Of a stretch of 16,788 nt of DNA, positions 14,906 through 16,788 are shown one piece after another. The DNA is taken from contig JAYUUO010000046.1 in NCBI GenBank assembly GCA_043754515.1, positions 1-16,788 of the forward strand. The letters run 5' to 3'. The notes below the pieces were generated by a model. That model was not told the origin of the DNA. It worked only from the letters and a program-made list of their open reading frames with translations, and did no database searches. Positions within the stretch are counted from its first letter, which is position 1. Every line of letters begins with the position of its first letter. The DNA is from Armatimonadota bacterium (GTDB lineage Bacteria > Armatimonadota > Armatimonadia > Armatimonadales > Armatimonadaceae). A program made the translations under genes and the position numbers.

Positions 14906-16654
14906 CTACATCTTATCGGGCACGCGGATGCCGAGCAACGCCAGCCCATTCTTCAAGCCACGCGCCGTCGCCGCGACCAGCGCGAGACGCGCCGCCTTCC
15001 GCGCGTCCGTCTCCGCCGTGAGCACCGGGCACTTGTCGTAAAACCGCGCGAACTCCCGCGCCAGGTTATACGTCCACTCGGCGACCATCGCGGGCAGGAA
15101 CTTCTCCCCCGCGTCGCGCACTGCCTGCGGCATCCGCGCCAGTTGCTTGAGCACCGCCTGTTCCTCCGGCGCGATTAGAAGCGTCGGGTCGGCGGGCGGC
15201 AACCCCTCCGGCATTTTGCGCTGGATCGAGCGGCACCGCGTGTACGTGTACTGGATGTAGGTCGCCGTGTTGCCCTCCCAGGAGATCATTTTATCCCAGT
15301 CGAACTTGATGTTGCGGTCGGGTCCCTGATACAGGTCGGCGTAGATGATCCCACCGATGCCGACGATCTCCGCGATCATCGGCACCTCGTCCGTTGTCGC
15401 CTCGCTCCGCCCCGCCTCGACCTGCTCGCGCACCTTCGCCGCCGCCCGCTCTATCGCCTCGTCCAGCACCTCGTCCAGGAATATCGCGTTCCCTTTGCGC
15501 ATCCCGAACTTCTCGCCCATCACGTCCGTGACCGCGCCGAAGGGGATATGCACCGACCGGTCCGCGATCTCAGTGTAGCCCATGCGCCGCACCGTCTCGA
15601 ACACCTGCTGGAAGTGGAGCCGTTGCTCCGCGCCGACCACGTAGATGTTGCGGGCGGGCGCGTACTCGCGCCAGCGGTAGATGGAGGTCGCCGCGTCGCG
15701 GGTCTGATACAGCGTCGCGCCGTCGGTCTTGCGCAACAGACAGCTCGGCATCACGTCGTCGAAGTAAACCGCGACCGCGCCGCCCAACTCGACCTTCGCC
15801 ACGCCTTTTTCGATGGCTTCGCGCACCACGTCGTCCAGCATCGGCTCGTAGAATGATTCGCCGTGTTGCGTATCAAACACGACGTCGAAGCGTTTGTAGG
15901 TGCTCTCGAACTCGCGCATCGTGATATCAATCAGCCGTTGCCACGTCTCCCGCGCCCACGGATCGCCGTCCTCGAGTTTCTTAAACCAGGCGCGGGCGGC
16001 GTCTTTGAGCGCGTCGTCGTTCGTCGCGGCCCGGTTGAACTCGCTATAAATCTCGACAAGAGACTGCACCGGGTCGGGTTCGTTCCACGGCTCGCGCTTC
16101 CACAGATCGAGCGCGGCGAGTAGGGTGCCGAACTGCGTGCCCCAATCGCCGAGGTGGTTGTCGCCGATGCAGTGGTAGCCGAGCGCGGTCAGAATCTTGT
16201 ACAGGCTGTGCCCGATCACGGTGGCGCGCAGGTGCCCGACGTGCATCTTGCGGGCGATGTTCGGCGACGAGTATTCGACCACGGTCGCCTCGCCCTTGCC
16301 GACTGATTTGTCCTCGCCGTATGCATCGCCGCGCGCCTCCACTTCGGCGAGCACGGCGGATGCGAGCGCGGCGGGACGCACGGAGAAGTTGACGAAGCCG
16401 CCCGCCGCGAGGACACCGGCAAACAGCGAGTCACCGGGAATGGTGATGGCGTCCGCGAGACGCTTGGCGAACTCGGGCGGGGAAAGTGACGCGGCTTTCG
16501 CGGCGGCGAACACGGGGAACGCGAGGTCGGTGGGCACGTTCGCCTTCGGCTCGGCGAGCAACACGGCGTCCGGCGCGACAAACCCGGTCGCCACAATAAC
16601 GGCGGCGGCTTCGGCGCGGAGCCGATCAAATACGTAAGGCTGGGGATCATCCAT
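14906..16654 (-). CDS. argS: Arginine--tRNA ligase
   Basis: VEYSSPNIARKMHVGHLR, NHLGDWGTQFG, GESFY, KTDGATLYQTRD, YVVGAEQRLHF, EGNTATYIQY and FYDKCPVL motifs. Confidence 0.97.
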   Translation of the reverse strand: MDDPQPYVFDRLRAEAAAVIVATGFVAPDAVLLAEPKANVPTDLAFPVFAAAKAASLSPPEFAKRLADAITIPGDSLFAGVLAAGGFVNFSVRPAALASAVLAEVEARGDAYGEDKSVGKGEATVVEYSSPNIARKMHVGHLRATVIGHSLYKILTALGYHCIGDNHLGDWGTQFGTLLAALDLWKREPWNEPDPVQSLVEIYSEFNRAATNDDALKDAARAWFKKLEDGDPWARETWQRLIDITMREFESTYKRFDVVFDTQHGESFYEPMLDDVVREAIEKGVAKVELGGAVAVYFDDVMPSCLLRKTDGATLYQTRDAATSIYRWREYAPARNIYVVGAEQRLHFQQVFETVRRMGYTEIADRSVHIPFGAVTDVMGEKFGMRKGNAIFLDEVLDEAIERAAAKVREQVEAGRSEATTDEVPMIAEIVGIGGIIYADLYQGPDRNIKFDWDKMISWEGNTATYIQYTYTRCRSIQRKMPEGLPPADPTLLIAPEEQAVLKQLARMPQAVRDAGEKFLPAMVAEWTYNLAREFARFYDKCPVLTAETDARKAARLALVAATARGLKNGLALLGIRVPDKM

Positions 16655-16660
16655 GCGCTT

Positions 16661-16669
16661 ATCGTATCA
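16661..16669 (-). promoter_or_regulatory. Extended -10 (TGaTACGAT), probable leaderless promoter of argS
   Basis: Minus strand TGATACGATaagcgcATG. Confidence 0.6.
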
Positions 16670-16682
16670 TTATTTGCGGGGA

Positions 16683-16706
16683 CCTCACCCCCAGTCCCCC
16701 CTCTCC
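16683..16706 (+). repeat. Half of a REP-like repeat related to the stem-loops at 2236-2278
   Basis: CCTCACCCCCAGTCCCCCCTCTCC resembles CCCACCCCCTAGCCCCCTCCCTC; the complementary G-rich arm is absent. Confidence 0.45.
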
Positions 16707-16725
16707 AGGGCGATTGCACCATTGA
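16706..16725. mobile_element. Possible ISAs1-family terminal inverted repeat
   Basis: CAGGGCGATTGCA; ISAs1 ends start with CAGGG, and the reverse strand reads GAIAL, like the recalled AIAL C-terminus of ISAs1 transposases. Confidence 0.3.
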
Positions 16726-16788
16726 AAGGTTAGCAATTCAGCATATTTTCGCGGCACGGACGGCGAGCCGTTCCGCTAGGTCGCGCGA

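Overview
GC-rich bacterial chromosomal window, probably Armatimonadota or a similar lineage (inferred from an H-X9-DG prepilin-associated motif and gene content). It is mostly housekeeping: M29 aminopeptidase, CAP/SCP lipoprotein, family-4 uracil-DNA glycosylase, DUF1152-like protein, cinA/pncC, class I pyridine nucleotide-disulfide oxidoreductase, rsmG, gltX, two tandem amidohydrolase-fold proteins that both lack key metal or catalytic residues, a TIM-barrel sugar phosphate isomerase/epimerase and argS. The intergenic DNA is more unusual. It holds a ~440-bp nested inverted-repeat element with internal 44-bp tandem repeats, two further long fold-back elements, an AT-rich orphan SUKH-4-like immunity gene, an H-X9-DG/DUF1559 fragment missed by the ORF track, an AT-rich broken ORF, a decayed IS4-family transposase whose lesions appear to be almost all A:T->G:C, and a possible ISAs1 end inside a REP-like repeat. 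Seven genes have a -10 box 5-9 nt before the start codon, which suggests leaderless mRNAs. All family assignments come from recalled motifs, not database searches.
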